The notes beneath the pieces are model-generated. The model was not told the DNA's origin. It ran no database searches and worked only from the letters and a program-made list of their open reading frames with translations. DNA of 62,970 bases, counting the filler. It is 4 parts of 4 records of this genome, joined end to end, with 100 filler letters (N's around TTAATTAATTAA, not from the genome) between each part and the next. Parts side by side here need not be neighbours in the genome. Positions count along the whole stretch, not along the records: positions 35,452 to 52,903 come from DRR723986_1319; positions 53,004 to 62,970 come from DRR723986_1327; 2 more parts are not named here. One strand, 5' to 3'. Position numbers and translations under genes: made by a program. Below are positions 49,729 to 59,220 of this stretch, piece by piece; positions within the stretch are counted from its first letter, which is position 1, and every line of letters starts with the position of its first letter.

Positions 49729-52700
49729 ATGCGAAGATTTCCAGCGGCATTGCTAGTTGCACTACTCTTCTGTTCGGTGCAAGTTGCCTGGGCTCAAGAC
49801 GATCATTCTGAAGCCGACTCAGGGAGAACGATCGCCGCCGGACTCGAATCGCTATCGGTTGACGGATGGTCAAAGTCGGCTGTCGCTTGGGAGCCCGACG
49901 TGGTTGACCCCATCGCGGCTACATTTGATGCGCGCGGCCGAATGTGGGTTGTCGAGATGCGAGACTACCCATTTCTCCCGGCCGACGATACGCCCGCGGG
50001 GCAAATCGTTGTGTTTGACCAGCCATCTGACAGTGACACTGGCCCTGTGTATCAGCGGAGGACGGTGTTCGCTTCTGAAATCAACATGCCGACAGGGATA
50101 GCGATTGCCGGAGACGGTGTTCTTTGCACGCATGCTGGCAAGCTGACGTACTTTGAAGACACTGACGGTGACTTAATAGCCGACGTATCCGAAGATTGGA
50201 TCGAGGGTTTTTCGGAGGGCAACGAACAACTGCGCGCAAACCATCCTACCCTTGGTTTGGATGGCTGGTGGTACATCGCAAGCGGCCTTCGCGGTGGGAA
50301 GGTTGCTGTTGTGAAGCCCGCAACTACGGACGGGCCAGCAATTGCCCCCGGGACGAAGCAGCAGAAGCCGGAACTGCTTGACGCGATTGACATGGGAACG
50401 CTCGACCTGCGATTCCACGCGCCAAGCGGTCGGCTTGAACTGGTAACGGGTGCGAGCCAGTTCGGCTTGTCGTTTGACGCCTTGGGTAATCGCTTTTCGT
50501 GCAGCAACAGAAATCCGGCGATTCAATTCGTTGTCGAGCAAGACGAGTCGTTGGACAACTTATTCGATGGAATCTGGCCAACAACGGTTGATCGGTTACC
50601 GAGTGGCTCCAATTCTCAGGTCTTTCCGCGTGTTCAAGCTTGGACGACGTCGAATCTACATTCGGGGCAGTACACGGCTGCCTGTGGGTTGCATTTGCGA
50701 TCACATGGACTAGGGGATGACTATTCGTCGAATGCGTTTGTCTGTGAGCCTACGGGTTCGTTGGTATCGCGGTCGATCATTTCGTGGGACGGTCGCTCAG
50801 GCAGATTGGGGCTGGAGGGCCGCTCGCTGGCAAGCGAACAAACGGGCGACTGGCTGACAAGCGATGACGAATGGTTCCGCCCCGTGAACGTGGCCAATGC
50901 TCCTGGAGGCGGAGTGATCGTGGTCGACATGCACAGAGCGGTGATCGAGCATCCGCATTGGGTGCCCGAAGAACTCCGCGATCGGCCCGACCAGCGCGAT
51001 GGCTCCTCTCATGGAAGGATTTATTGCTTTGAACCGACAAATCAGTCTAACTTCTTGCGAAGCCGCCTCAGAGAACTTGCCGCTCAACCGATGCATGCAC
51101 TTGACTCAGCGGAACTTGCAGACTGCCTTTGTAGACAAGACGAGTGGAGCAGGGTGAACGCAGCAAAGATTTTCGTTCACCGCTGGTCGCTCGATCCGCC
51201 AAAACCCGAGGGCTTCACTGATCTACAACGTCTGGCTCTTGATAGCGACGCTCACTTGCAAGGCCGTCTGATTGCGATTCGGCTGCTTGGCCACTGGGCG
51301 CCTCCCTCGATTGCGAAGAGCATTTACGATTCGCTGAATGCCGAGCCCGCGCTCCGAGCGGTACTCTTACGTAACCTGAGCGGCAAACACGCTTGGGTGA
51401 GGCAACTGCTGCTGAGCAAAGGGGGCGAATCATCTTGGGCAGAAACTCAAGCCACCCGCGAGGAAACGTTGCTCGCCATCCTGCGAACTAACCGGACGCT
51501 GGATACTGATGCTGTAGGGGCGGTAGACCTAGATGACCAAGAGTGCAAGGCGCTCGTCGAGTACTATCGTTCCTCGCCTGAGAGTCTTGCGTCGGCAGAG
51601 CTGGAGTTGTTTGCTCTTGGTGGTTTGCTGCGTAACAGGCCAGCCGAGCTACTTGGGTTGATGTTAGATGGAGCTGAGTCGCGTATCGGATCCGGCGCTG
51701 AAATGTCTCGTTATTCGTTGGCAGCTCGCTCGCTGACTCAAGCCTGCCGGCGAAGGAATGATTTGCAATCACTAGCTCCGGAGCTTGTCCGGCGTTTTGA
51801 AAACGACCTTGCCGAATTTAGGAGAGCAATCGAGCTGGGGCAAGACGCCAACTTGGCTATACAATTTACGACATCGATGTTGCAGGCTATGGTCGACGCC
51901 AGAGTTCAGCTCCCAGGGCGAGTCTTCGAACAACTTGATGCGCTCGCAAGGTCGAAAGCATTGACTCCCGCCAATGCCCGCCGGGTTGTTGATCTTCTGA
52001 GAATTTCCGAATCCGAAGCGTCTCGGGACGTGATACGCGGATTCCTTGGTCAGGATGGGCGATTGGGCGCGGCGGCTTGGCGTGCCTATTCTGAACATGT
52101 CAGTGATGCCGAATTTGTTGCTACCGCCAGCGAGCGGTTGCCCTCTGCTGATGCCGCCCTCGGGGATACACTCGCTGAGCTGCTTGTCGCTAACCCGGCT
52201 CGCGAGAAACGTACCGCTCAGATGCTAATTGAGGGCAACATGGATGGACGTCTTCTGGGCGGTGCACGTGTCTTCGGGCTGTCTCGTCGATCTTCGGGAG
52301 ATAGCAAGAAGCGGCTTCGCGAAATTCTCGAAGGCTTGCGGAATCCGGACCGCGAGAAGCTTATCAAACGCTACGCAGCTTCCCTCGACAAGTCGTCTTC
52401 TGCGGCAAAAGGCAAGAAGCACTTCGGAAAGCACTGTGCAAATTGCCATCGCGTCGGCGACATTGGCGTCTCGATTGGCCCCGAGATCTCCGACACTCGC
52501 ACGAAGAAACCGATTGAACTGTTGACTGCAATTCTGAATCCGAACCTAGCAGTTGATAACCGCTATTTTGAGACGCATATCCTGGTTGAAAACGGCGAAG
52601 CGCTGGCCGGGCTGATCGAGGCAGAGAGTGGGGATTCGATCGTTATAAGGACAAAGGAAAACGATCGAGTCGTTGTACGTCGTGAGGAGATCGTGGTGAA

Positions 52701-52839
52701 ACGCACCGGGCGCGTGTCCCTCATGCCTGAAGGCTTTGAGAACAACATTTCACCAGGCGAGATGTCCGAGTTGATTTCGTTCTTGAAGAATTGGCGATAC
52801 TTGGACGGTCGCATTCCGATCAGACCGAACCGCAACTGA
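49729..52839 (+). CDS. PVC-type membrane-bound dehydrogenase-domain / CxxCH heme-binding protein
   Basis: Signal peptide, FDARGRMWVVEMRDYP, QFGLSFD..GNRF, WFRPV and C-terminal CANCH..IGP...SLMPEGFE. Confidence 0.88.
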   Translation: MRRFPAALLVALLFCSVQVAWAQDDHSEADSGRTIAAGLESLSVDGWSKSAVAWEPDVVDPIAATFDARGRMWVVEMRDYPFLPADDTPAGQIVVFDQPSDSDTGPVYQRRTVFASEINMPTGIAIAGDGVLCTHAGKLTYFEDTDGDLIADVSEDWIEGFSEGNEQLRANHPTLGLDGWWYIASGLRGGKVAVVKPATTDGPAIAPGTKQQKPELLDAIDMGTLDLRFHAPSGRLELVTGASQFGLSFDALGNRFSCSNRNPAIQFVVEQDESLDNLFDGIWPTTVDRLPSGSNSQVFPRVQAWTTSNLHSGQYTAACGLHLRSHGLGDDYSSNAFVCEPTGSLVSRSIISWDGRSGRLGLEGRSLASEQTGDWLTSDDEWFRPVNVANAPGGGVIVVDMHRAVIEHPHWVPEELRDRPDQRDGSSHGRIYCFEPTNQSNFLRSRLRELAAQPMHALDSAELADCLCRQDEWSRVNAAKIFVHRWSLDPPKPEGFTDLQRLALDSDAHLQGRLIAIRLLGHWAPPSIAKSIYDSLNAEPALRAVLLRNLSGKHAWVRQLLLSKGGESSWAETQATREETLLAILRTNRTLDTDAVGAVDLDDQECKALVEYYRSSPESLASAELELFALGGLLRNRPAELLGLMLDGAESRIGSGAEMSRYSLAARSLTQACRRRNDLQSLAPELVRRFENDLAEFRRAIELGQDANLAIQFTTSMLQAMVDARVQLPGRVFEQLDALARSKALTPANARRVVDLLRISESEASRDVIRGFLGQDGRLGAAAWRAYSEHVSDAEFVATASERLPSADAALGDTLAELLVANPAREKRTAQMLIEGNMDGRLLGGARVFGLSRRSSGDSKKRLREILEGLRNPDREKLIKRYAASLDKSSSAAKGKKHFGKHCANCHRVGDIGVSIGPEISDTRTKKPIELLTAILNPNLAVDNRYFETHILVENGEALAGLIEAESGDSIVIRTKENDRVVVRREEIVVKRTGRVSLMPEGFENNISPGEMSELISFLKNWRYLDGRIPIRPNRN

Positions 52840-52881
52840 GCCTACAGTGCGAACTCACGAGCAGCGCGCCATCCAAACAAA

Positions 52882-52903
52882 GTAGCAGGCACACTCCGTG
52901 TGC
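52882..52903 (+). repeat. GTAG-type REP-like element truncated at contig end
   Basis: GTAG tetranucleotide + CAG + hairpin GCACAC-tcc-GTGTGC. Confidence 0.65.
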
Positions 52904-53003
52904 NNNNNNNNNNNNNNNNNNNNNNNNNNNNNNNNNNNNNNNNNNNNTTAATTAATTAANNNNNNNNNNNNNNNNNNNNNNNNNNNNNNNNNNNNNNNNN
53001 NNN
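52904..53003. other. Artificial contig spacer
   Basis: 44 N + TTAATTAATTAA + 44 N. Confidence 0.99.
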
Positions 53004-53326
53004 TGAACCCGGAATTTGCCTCGCTCAACCTTGGGCAATGCGTGCTGCTGACCGCCTATGAATGGCGCCGCGCGACAGAAGAGATCGTGGCCGAGGTCAT
53101 GGAAATGGCGCGCACCGACTTTGCCACCGGGCTGGAGGTTGAAAAGCTGGGTGACCATTTCGAGGAACGTATGGAAGCGGCGGGATTTTTCTTCCCCGAG
53201 GCCAAGGCCGAAAGCATGCGCCTGAACCTGCGCAACATGTGGGCCCGACTGCCGCTGACCCGCGCCGATGTGCAGATCCTGCACGGGGTGCTGCGCCAGA
53301 TGGTCCGCTGGAAGGAACGCGGATAG
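53004..53326 (+). CDS. trmJ: TrmJ/LasT-family SPOUT RNA methyltransferase, C-terminal part (5' truncated)
   Basis: The frame upstream of the listed ORF reads NPEFASLNLGQCVLLTAYEW (SPOUT SLNL motif); the C-terminus is DVQILHGVLRQ. Confidence 0.8.
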
Positions 53327-53405
53327 GCGCGGCGCATTGCCGTGGCGCTTGATCCCCCCGGTGGGCAGGGCTAGGTCTGTGGCGACGACGAAAGGAGCCC
53401 GAGGC

Positions 53406-54542
53406 ATGAGCGGACAGCGCAGTATCTTCGAAGAGGTCACCGAAACCCGGAAACCGGCCGCCACGCCGGGCGCTTTGACAGCGGGCCGGGGCAGGGGGCG
53501 CGGTTTCGCGCGCGGATGGCTTTTGCTGCTGTTTGCGATGGTCGTGGCAATGATCGTCGTGGGCGGGTTGACCCGGCTGACGGATTCAGGCCTGTCGATT
53601 ACCGAATGGGCGCCGATCTCTGGCGCGATGCCGCCGCTGAATGAGGCCGATTGGCAATCGGAATTCGCCGCCTATCAGCAGACCGATGAATACCGGCTGC
53701 AAAATGCGGGGATGAGCCTTGAGCAGTTCAAGAACATCTATTGGTGGGAATGGGGTCATCGGCAGCTAGGCCGGACCATCGGCCTAGTCTGGGCGCTTGG
53801 CCTCGGGATCATGCTGGCCACGCGGCGGATGCCCACGGGCTGGACCGGTCGGTTCCTGTTGCTGGGTGCGCTCGGCGGCGCGCAGGGGGCGATTGGCTGG
53901 TGGATGGTGCATTCAGGGTTGCAGGAGGGGATGCTGGATGTGGCCTCTTACCGCTTGGCAACACATCTGGGTCTGGCCTTCCTGATCCTTTCGCTGATCG
54001 CCTGGTATGTGTTCCGCCTGTCCCGCGACGAAGCCGAACTGATGCAGGCCCGCCGCAACGCGGATCGCAAGATCAAGGGCATGGTGACGGGCTTGCTGCA
54101 TCTGTCCTTCATCCAGATCCTTCTGGGGGCGCTGGTCGCAGGCATCGACGCGGGCCGCATGTTTCCCGATTGGCCGCTGATGTCCGGGGGTTTCTTCCCA
54201 CCCGACATGTGGCAGATCGAACCCCTGTGGCGGAATTTCTTTGAAAACGCGGGCACCGTCCAGTTCATCCACCGGATCGTGGGCTATGTGCTGGTGGCGC
54301 TGGCCATCGGTATCCTCATGGCGGCCCGCAAATCCGCCAATCGCAGCGTCAAGGGCGCGGCGCAGGTGGCGGCGGTGATGATCTTCGTTCAGGCCACGCT
54401 TGGGATCGTCACGGTCATGCAGTCCTCGCCTCTCGCATTGGCCATCATTCACCAGTTGGGCGCAGTCGCAACCATCGTTCTTGTTTTGCGCGCCCGCTTC
54501 ACCGCGATGCATCCACGCGCGCAATCCGTAAGAGGATCCTGA
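53406..54542 (+). CDS. ctaA: Heme A synthase (COX15/CtaA type 2)
   Basis: VGGLTRLTDSGLSITEW, WEWGHR, GWWMV.SG, YRLATHL, QFIHR and HQ. Confidence 0.93.
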   Translation: MSGQRSIFEEVTETRKPAATPGALTAGRGRGRGFARGWLLLLFAMVVAMIVVGGLTRLTDSGLSITEWAPISGAMPPLNEADWQSEFAAYQQTDEYRLQNAGMSLEQFKNIYWWEWGHRQLGRTIGLVWALGLGIMLATRRMPTGWTGRFLLLGALGGAQGAIGWWMVHSGLQEGMLDVASYRLATHLGLAFLILSLIAWYVFRLSRDEAELMQARRNADRKIKGMVTGLLHLSFIQILLGALVAGIDAGRMFPDWPLMSGGFFPPDMWQIEPLWRNFFENAGTVQFIHRIVGYVLVALAIGILMAARKSANRSVKGAAQVAAVMIFVQATLGIVTVMQSSPLALAIIHQLGAVATIVLVLRARFTAMHPRAQSVRGS

Positions 54543-54543
54543 C

Positions 54544-56016
54544 ATGTCGGCCTATGACAATCTGATTGCCTTCCAGAAAGACACGCAGGCGCTGGCGCAG
54601 GTCATGGAGCGGCTTGGCTGGGATCAGGAAACCGTGATGCCGCGCGGGGCGGCGGATCAGCGGTCCGAGGAAATGGCGGCGATGGAGGCCGTTCTGCACG
54701 CCCGGCGCACTGATCCGCGCGTGGGCGATTGGCTGGCCAAGGCAGAACCCGCAGACGACGTGGCCCGCGCCAACCTGCGCCTGATCCGCCGGGAATATGA
54801 CCGCGCTGTCAAAGTACCCGCCGATCTGGCAAAGGCACTGGCCAAGGCCACCTCTCGCGCCCAGGGCATCTGGGCCGAGGCGCGCGCTGGCGAAGACGTC
54901 GCGGCCTTCCTGCCGACCTTGGCCGAGATCCTGGCGCTGCGGCGCGAGGAAGCTGCGGCCATTGCAGGTGACGCCGACCCCTATGATGCGCTGTTGCAGG
55001 ATTATGAACCGGGGATCAGCGGCGCAGAACTGCAAGCGCTGTTTTCCCGGATGCGCCCGCGTCTGGTTGATCTGCGCGGGCGGGTGCTGTCGTCAAGCTA
55101 CGATCCCGAACCGTTGCACGGCACCTTCCCGGAAGCCACGCAACTGGCGCTGTCTGCCGAATTGGCGCAGGCCTTCGGCTATGACTTTGCCCATGGCCGC
55201 ATCGACAAGGCAGTGCATCCGTTCAGCTCCGGCTCTGGCCATGATGTGCGGATCACCACGCGGGTGGATGAGGAGGAGCCGTTCGGCTGTCTCTATTCCA
55301 CCATCCACGAGGTCGGCCACGCCTGCTATGAGCTGCATATCGACGACGCCTATATGCTCAGCGTTCTGGGGCAGGGCGTGTCCATGGGTGTGCATGAAAG
55401 CCAAAGCCGGTCCTATGAAAACCAGATGGGCCGCAGCCGCGCCTTTACCGGCTGGCTATTTAGCAAGATGACCGAGGCGTTCGGGCCCCTGAACGTCACC
55501 GATGCCGATGCGTTCCACGCCGCCGTCAACCGGGTGCAGTCGGGCTTTATCCGCACAGAAGCCGACGAAGTGCATTACAACCTGCATATCCTGCTGCGGT
55601 TTGATCTGGAACGCGCACTGATCGGTGGCGATCTTCAGGTGAGTGATCTGGAAGCCGCGTGGAATGACCGGTTCCAGTCCGATTTCGGGGTCGCGGTCGA
55701 CAAGCCTTCAAACGGGATGCTTCAGGACGTGCATTGGTCTGTGGGGCTGTTTGGCTATTTCCCGACCTATACGCTTGGCAATGTCTATGCGGGCTGCCTG
55801 TTCAAGGCGCTGCGCGAGGATCTGCCGGATGTGGATGCGCAAATGGCGAAGGGCGATCTGAGCGGCGCAACCGGTTGGATGGCTGCAAACCTGCAAACCC
55901 ACGGCGGACTATACGAGCCACGAGAAGTCGTGGAACTTGCGTCCCGTGCTCCGGTCAGTGAAGAGCCGTTGCTCGATTACTTAGACGCCAAGTTTGGCGC
56001 GATTTACGGGGTGTGA
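54544..56016 (+). CDS. Carboxypeptidase M32 (Taq-type)
   Basis: LGWDQET.MP, HPF, HEVGH, HESQS, IRTEADE and QDVHWS.G.FGYFPTY. Confidence 0.93.
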   Translation: MSAYDNLIAFQKDTQALAQVMERLGWDQETVMPRGAADQRSEEMAAMEAVLHARRTDPRVGDWLAKAEPADDVARANLRLIRREYDRAVKVPADLAKALAKATSRAQGIWAEARAGEDVAAFLPTLAEILALRREEAAAIAGDADPYDALLQDYEPGISGAELQALFSRMRPRLVDLRGRVLSSSYDPEPLHGTFPEATQLALSAELAQAFGYDFAHGRIDKAVHPFSSGSGHDVRITTRVDEEEPFGCLYSTIHEVGHACYELHIDDAYMLSVLGQGVSMGVHESQSRSYENQMGRSRAFTGWLFSKMTEAFGPLNVTDADAFHAAVNRVQSGFIRTEADEVHYNLHILLRFDLERALIGGDLQVSDLEAAWNDRFQSDFGVAVDKPSNGMLQDVHWSVGLFGYFPTYTLGNVYAGCLFKALREDLPDVDAQMAKGDLSGATGWMAANLQTHGGLYEPREVVELASRAPVSEEPLLDYLDAKFGAIYGV

Positions 56017-56017
56017 C

Positions 56018-57208
56018 ATGGGGGTGCGGCCAGAACAGGCCGCACGTGGCGCGGCTGTCTGGATGCTGGCGGTAGGCCAGACGCTCAGCTACGCCTGTCT
56101 CTACTACATTTTCGCAGCCCTGATCCTGAGCTGGGAGGCCGACCTGGGCTGGGACCGCACGGTACTGGCCACGGGGCCTTTCCTGTCCATCGTGATTGCC
56201 GCCACACTGGCCCCGTTCGCGGGGCGGCTGGTGGATCTTGGCAAAGGGCCCGAGGCAATGGTGGCGGGCGCTGCGACCGGGGCAGGGGCGCTGTCCTTGC
56301 TGGCGCTGAGCCAGACCCCGACGGCCTATCTGGTTTCCTGGGCCCTGATCGGATTGGCGCAGTCGGTGGCGCTGTACGAGACATGCTTTGCCTTCCTGAT
56401 CCGTCGCCTCGGGCCCCACGCCCGGGCTGCGATTGTGCGGGTCACGCTGGTGGCTGGCTTTGCCTCGACCCTGGCTTTTCCGGCGGGCGCGACGTTGAGC
56501 GCTGCAATCGGCTGGCGTGGCGCGGTCTGGGTTGCGGCTGCGGTGATGGCGTTCGTGCTGGTGCCGCTCTTTGTAATTGCGGGCCGGATGCTGCGCCGGG
56601 TAGAGGGCGCGCTGGATACAAGAGAGGCCGACAAGGGTGCTTTGGGCCGGGCCTTGCGTTCGGCCAGCTTCTGGATTTTGGCGATCGTGTTTTCTCTGGT
56701 CGCGCTCAATCACTGGATGCTGGTGAACTACGCCGTGCCCATCTTCGTGGCGCAGGGGGCGAGCCAGCCTTTGGCGGTTTTCGCGGCCTCGACCGTCGGA
56801 CCGGCGCAGGTGGCGGGGCGGCTGGTGCTGATGCGGTTCGAGGCTCGTATCGGGACGACAACCGCAACCCGGATTACCTTCCTGACCATGGTCGCGGGCA
56901 CGCTGGCGCTGTTCCTTGCGGGCGTCCAGCCCTGGATGATCTTTGCCTTCACGCTCATTCAAGGCGGCGCGATCGGGGTCATGACCATTCTGCGCCCGGT
57001 GCTGATATCCGAGGTCATGGGACCGGCGGGCTACGGGGCGATTGCGGGCACCATCCAGATCCCGGCGCTGCTGGCTGGCGCGCTGGCCCCGGTTCTTGGC
57101 GCGGTCATGCTGGACGGGTTCGGGGTGGCGGGGCTGCTTGGCTTGTCGCTGCTGGTGCTTGCGGCCAGTGTTGCAATGCTGGCCGTGCTGCTGCGTCGGA
57201 TCGGTTGA
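56018..57208 (+). CDS. MFS transporter
   Basis: About 12 hydrophobic segments, GRLVD.G motif A, TLVAGFAST and GPAQVAGR. Confidence 0.88.
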   Translation: MGVRPEQAARGAAVWMLAVGQTLSYACLYYIFAALILSWEADLGWDRTVLATGPFLSIVIAATLAPFAGRLVDLGKGPEAMVAGAATGAGALSLLALSQTPTAYLVSWALIGLAQSVALYETCFAFLIRRLGPHARAAIVRVTLVAGFASTLAFPAGATLSAAIGWRGAVWVAAAVMAFVLVPLFVIAGRMLRRVEGALDTREADKGALGRALRSASFWILAIVFSLVALNHWMLVNYAVPIFVAQGASQPLAVFAASTVGPAQVAGRLVLMRFEARIGTTTATRITFLTMVAGTLALFLAGVQPWMIFAFTLIQGGAIGVMTILRPVLISEVMGPAGYGAIAGTIQIPALLAGALAPVLGAVMLDGFGVAGLLGLSLLVLAASVAMLAVLLRRIG

Positions 57209-57209
57209 T

Positions 57210-58019
57210 CTAACCCGGCTGCGTCCAGTCCGGCACCCGCTTTTCAATAAAGGCGTCAATCCCTTCGGCGGTGTCGTCATCCAGCATGTTTTCCACCATC
57301 ACCGCGCCGGTATAGTCATAGGCCTGGCTCAGGTTCATCTGGATCTGGTCGTAAAACGCCCGTTTGCCGATGCGAACCGCGCTGCCAAGCTTGTCGGCCA
57401 CGGTCTGCGCCATGTCCATAACCTCATCCTCCAGCCGATCTGCGTGGACGGATCGGTTGATCAGCCCGAGCGCCTCGGCCCGGTCGGCAAGGATGAAACG
57501 GCCCGTGGTCAACATCTCCATCGCCTGCTTGCGCGGGATATTGCGGGACAGGGCCACCATGGGCGTGGAACAAAACAGCCCGATATTGACGCCATTCACC
57601 CCGAAGCGCGTGTCATCGGCGGCAATCGCCATGTCGCAGGACGCAACCAGTTGGCAACCCGCCGCCGTGGCGATGCCGTGGACCTGGGCAATCACCGGTT
57701 GCGGCAGGCGCGGGATCATCTGCATGATCTCGCCGCAGCGGTTGAAGAGATCGCGCAGGGCGACGGCGCCCTTGTCTGGCGCCTGCCTCTTGGCGCGCAT
57801 TTCCTTCAGGTCATGGCCCGCGCAAAATGCCTTGCCAACCCCGCGCAGGATAACGACGCGCTGCGTTTCCGATCCCATCAGATCGGTGAATTCCTCCTTC
57901 AGCCGCGCCAGCATCCCATCCGACAGCGCATTCAGCGCGCCGGGCATGTTCAGCGTCAGCCGGGTGATGGGGCCGAGATCCTCGCGGATAAGAATATCCT
58001 GTGACGTAGCGTCCGACAT
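57210..58019 (-). CDS. Enoyl-CoA hydratase (ECHDC3-like)
   Basis: AFCAGHDLKEM, VHGIATAAGCQLVASCD and GLFCSTPMVALSRN. Confidence 0.9.
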   Translation of the reverse strand: MSDATSQDILIREDLGPITRLTLNMPGALNALSDGMLARLKEEFTDLMGSETQRVVILRGVGKAFCAGHDLKEMRAKRQAPDKGAVALRDLFNRCGEIMQMIPRLPQPVIAQVHGIATAAGCQLVASCDMAIAADDTRFGVNGVNIGLFCSTPMVALSRNIPRKQAMEMLTTGRFILADRAEALGLINRSVHADRLEDEVMDMAQTVADKLGSAVRIGKRAFYDQIQMNLSQAYDYTGAVMVENMLDDDTAEGIDAFIEKRVPDWTQPG

Positions 58020-58084
58020 CTGGCGCTCCCTTGCCAATTGCGTTCAAGACGCTGAATGCTAGGCCAAAAGAGGGAGGAGGGGCA

Positions 58085-58507
58085 ATGGCACTGGTCATGG
58101 ACAAATCCGCGCTGGCAGATTTCCTGTCGGTGGAGTTTCCGCAGATGGCGGATGAGTTCACCATCGAAGAGGTGCGCGAGATGGGCGTGCTGATCCGATT
58201 GAATGTCGATGACCGGCACCTGCGGCCCGGCGGTACGATATCCGGCCCGTCGATGTTCGCGCTGGCCGATGTGTCGGTTTACCTTGCGGTTCTGGCAATG
58301 ATCGGCCCCAAGGCACTGGCGGTGACCACGAATATCTCGATGGATTTCATGCGCAAGCCTGCCGCCGCGACGGACCTGCTGTGCGATTGCCGACTGTTGA
58401 AACTGGGCAAGACGCTGGCCGTGGGCGATTGCCTGATCCGGTCCGAGGGCATGGAAGCACCGGTGGCCCGCGCCTCGATGACCTACGCGATCCCGCCCGA
58501 CCGTTGA
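58085..58507 (+). CDS. PaaI/hotdog-fold thioesterase
   Basis: HLRPGGTISGPSMFALAD, AVTT and LLKLGK.LAVG, with a GGAGGAGG RBS. Confidence 0.88.
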   Translation: MALVMDKSALADFLSVEFPQMADEFTIEEVREMGVLIRLNVDDRHLRPGGTISGPSMFALADVSVYLAVLAMIGPKALAVTTNISMDFMRKPAAATDLLCDCRLLKLGKTLAVGDCLIRSEGMEAPVARASMTYAIPPDR

Positions 58508-59088
58508 GCCAGCCAGACGGAATGACCGTGAAATTCCGGGTCTTCCGCGCGAAACCACAGCACGTCGAACCCATGCGCCGCGAAGAGGGTTCGGTAGGCT
58601 TCCGGCGACAGGCTGGCATGGATCACCGGTTCGTCCCCGACCCGCCCCATGGCTTCGCTGTCCTTCGGTCCCGTCGTCAGTAAAAGCCGCGCACCGGGCG
58701 CGGCGTGGGCGGCAAAGATCGGGAACATGGCGCGTTGATCTTTGCGAGATAGATGAAAGAAACTGTCCCATCCGACGATCACATCGAACCGTCGGCCAAG
58801 CGCCAGCTTGCGCATATCGGACAGAACCGCCGTTGCTTGTGGCAGGTTGGCCCGAAAGTGGCGCAGCATGGGGTCTGATCCATCGACGCCGGTCACGGCG
58901 CAGCCCTGAGCGGCGAACCATCCGGCAATCGGCAGCCCCGCGCCACAGCCGAGATCCAGAACTGTTGCCCCGGTTCGGCCATCCAAAGCAGCCGACAGCG
59001 CCCCAAGCTCGAACAATGACTGGTTGCGTGTAGCGGCCCAGTGATCGGCCGCCCGGTCATAGGCGGGCAGAATGTCGTCGAAATCCAT
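58483..59088 (-). CDS. Class I SAM-dependent methyltransferase
   Basis: VLDLGCGAG, GVDGS, DMR and WDSFFHL. Confidence 0.88.
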   Translation of the reverse strand: MDFDDILPAYDRAADHWAATRNQSLFELGALSAALDGRTGATVLDLGCGAGLPIAGWFAAQGCAVTGVDGSDPMLRHFRANLPQATAVLSDMRKLALGRRFDVIVGWDSFFHLSRKDQRAMFPIFAAHAAPGARLLLTTGPKDSEAMGRVGDEPVIHASLSPEAYRTLFAAHGFDVLWFRAEDPEFHGHSVWLAQRSGGIA

Positions 59089-59220
59089 ATCCCACCATGT
59101 GCGACAATGGTCGATTGTGAAAACCCCTTAAAGCGCGATTTCCCGCCGCTTGCGCGGTGTTGCTTTTGACCCCCTTGGCAGCGCGGCCTATAAGGCGAGT
59201 GCGCCACAGGAGTCGCGGGC

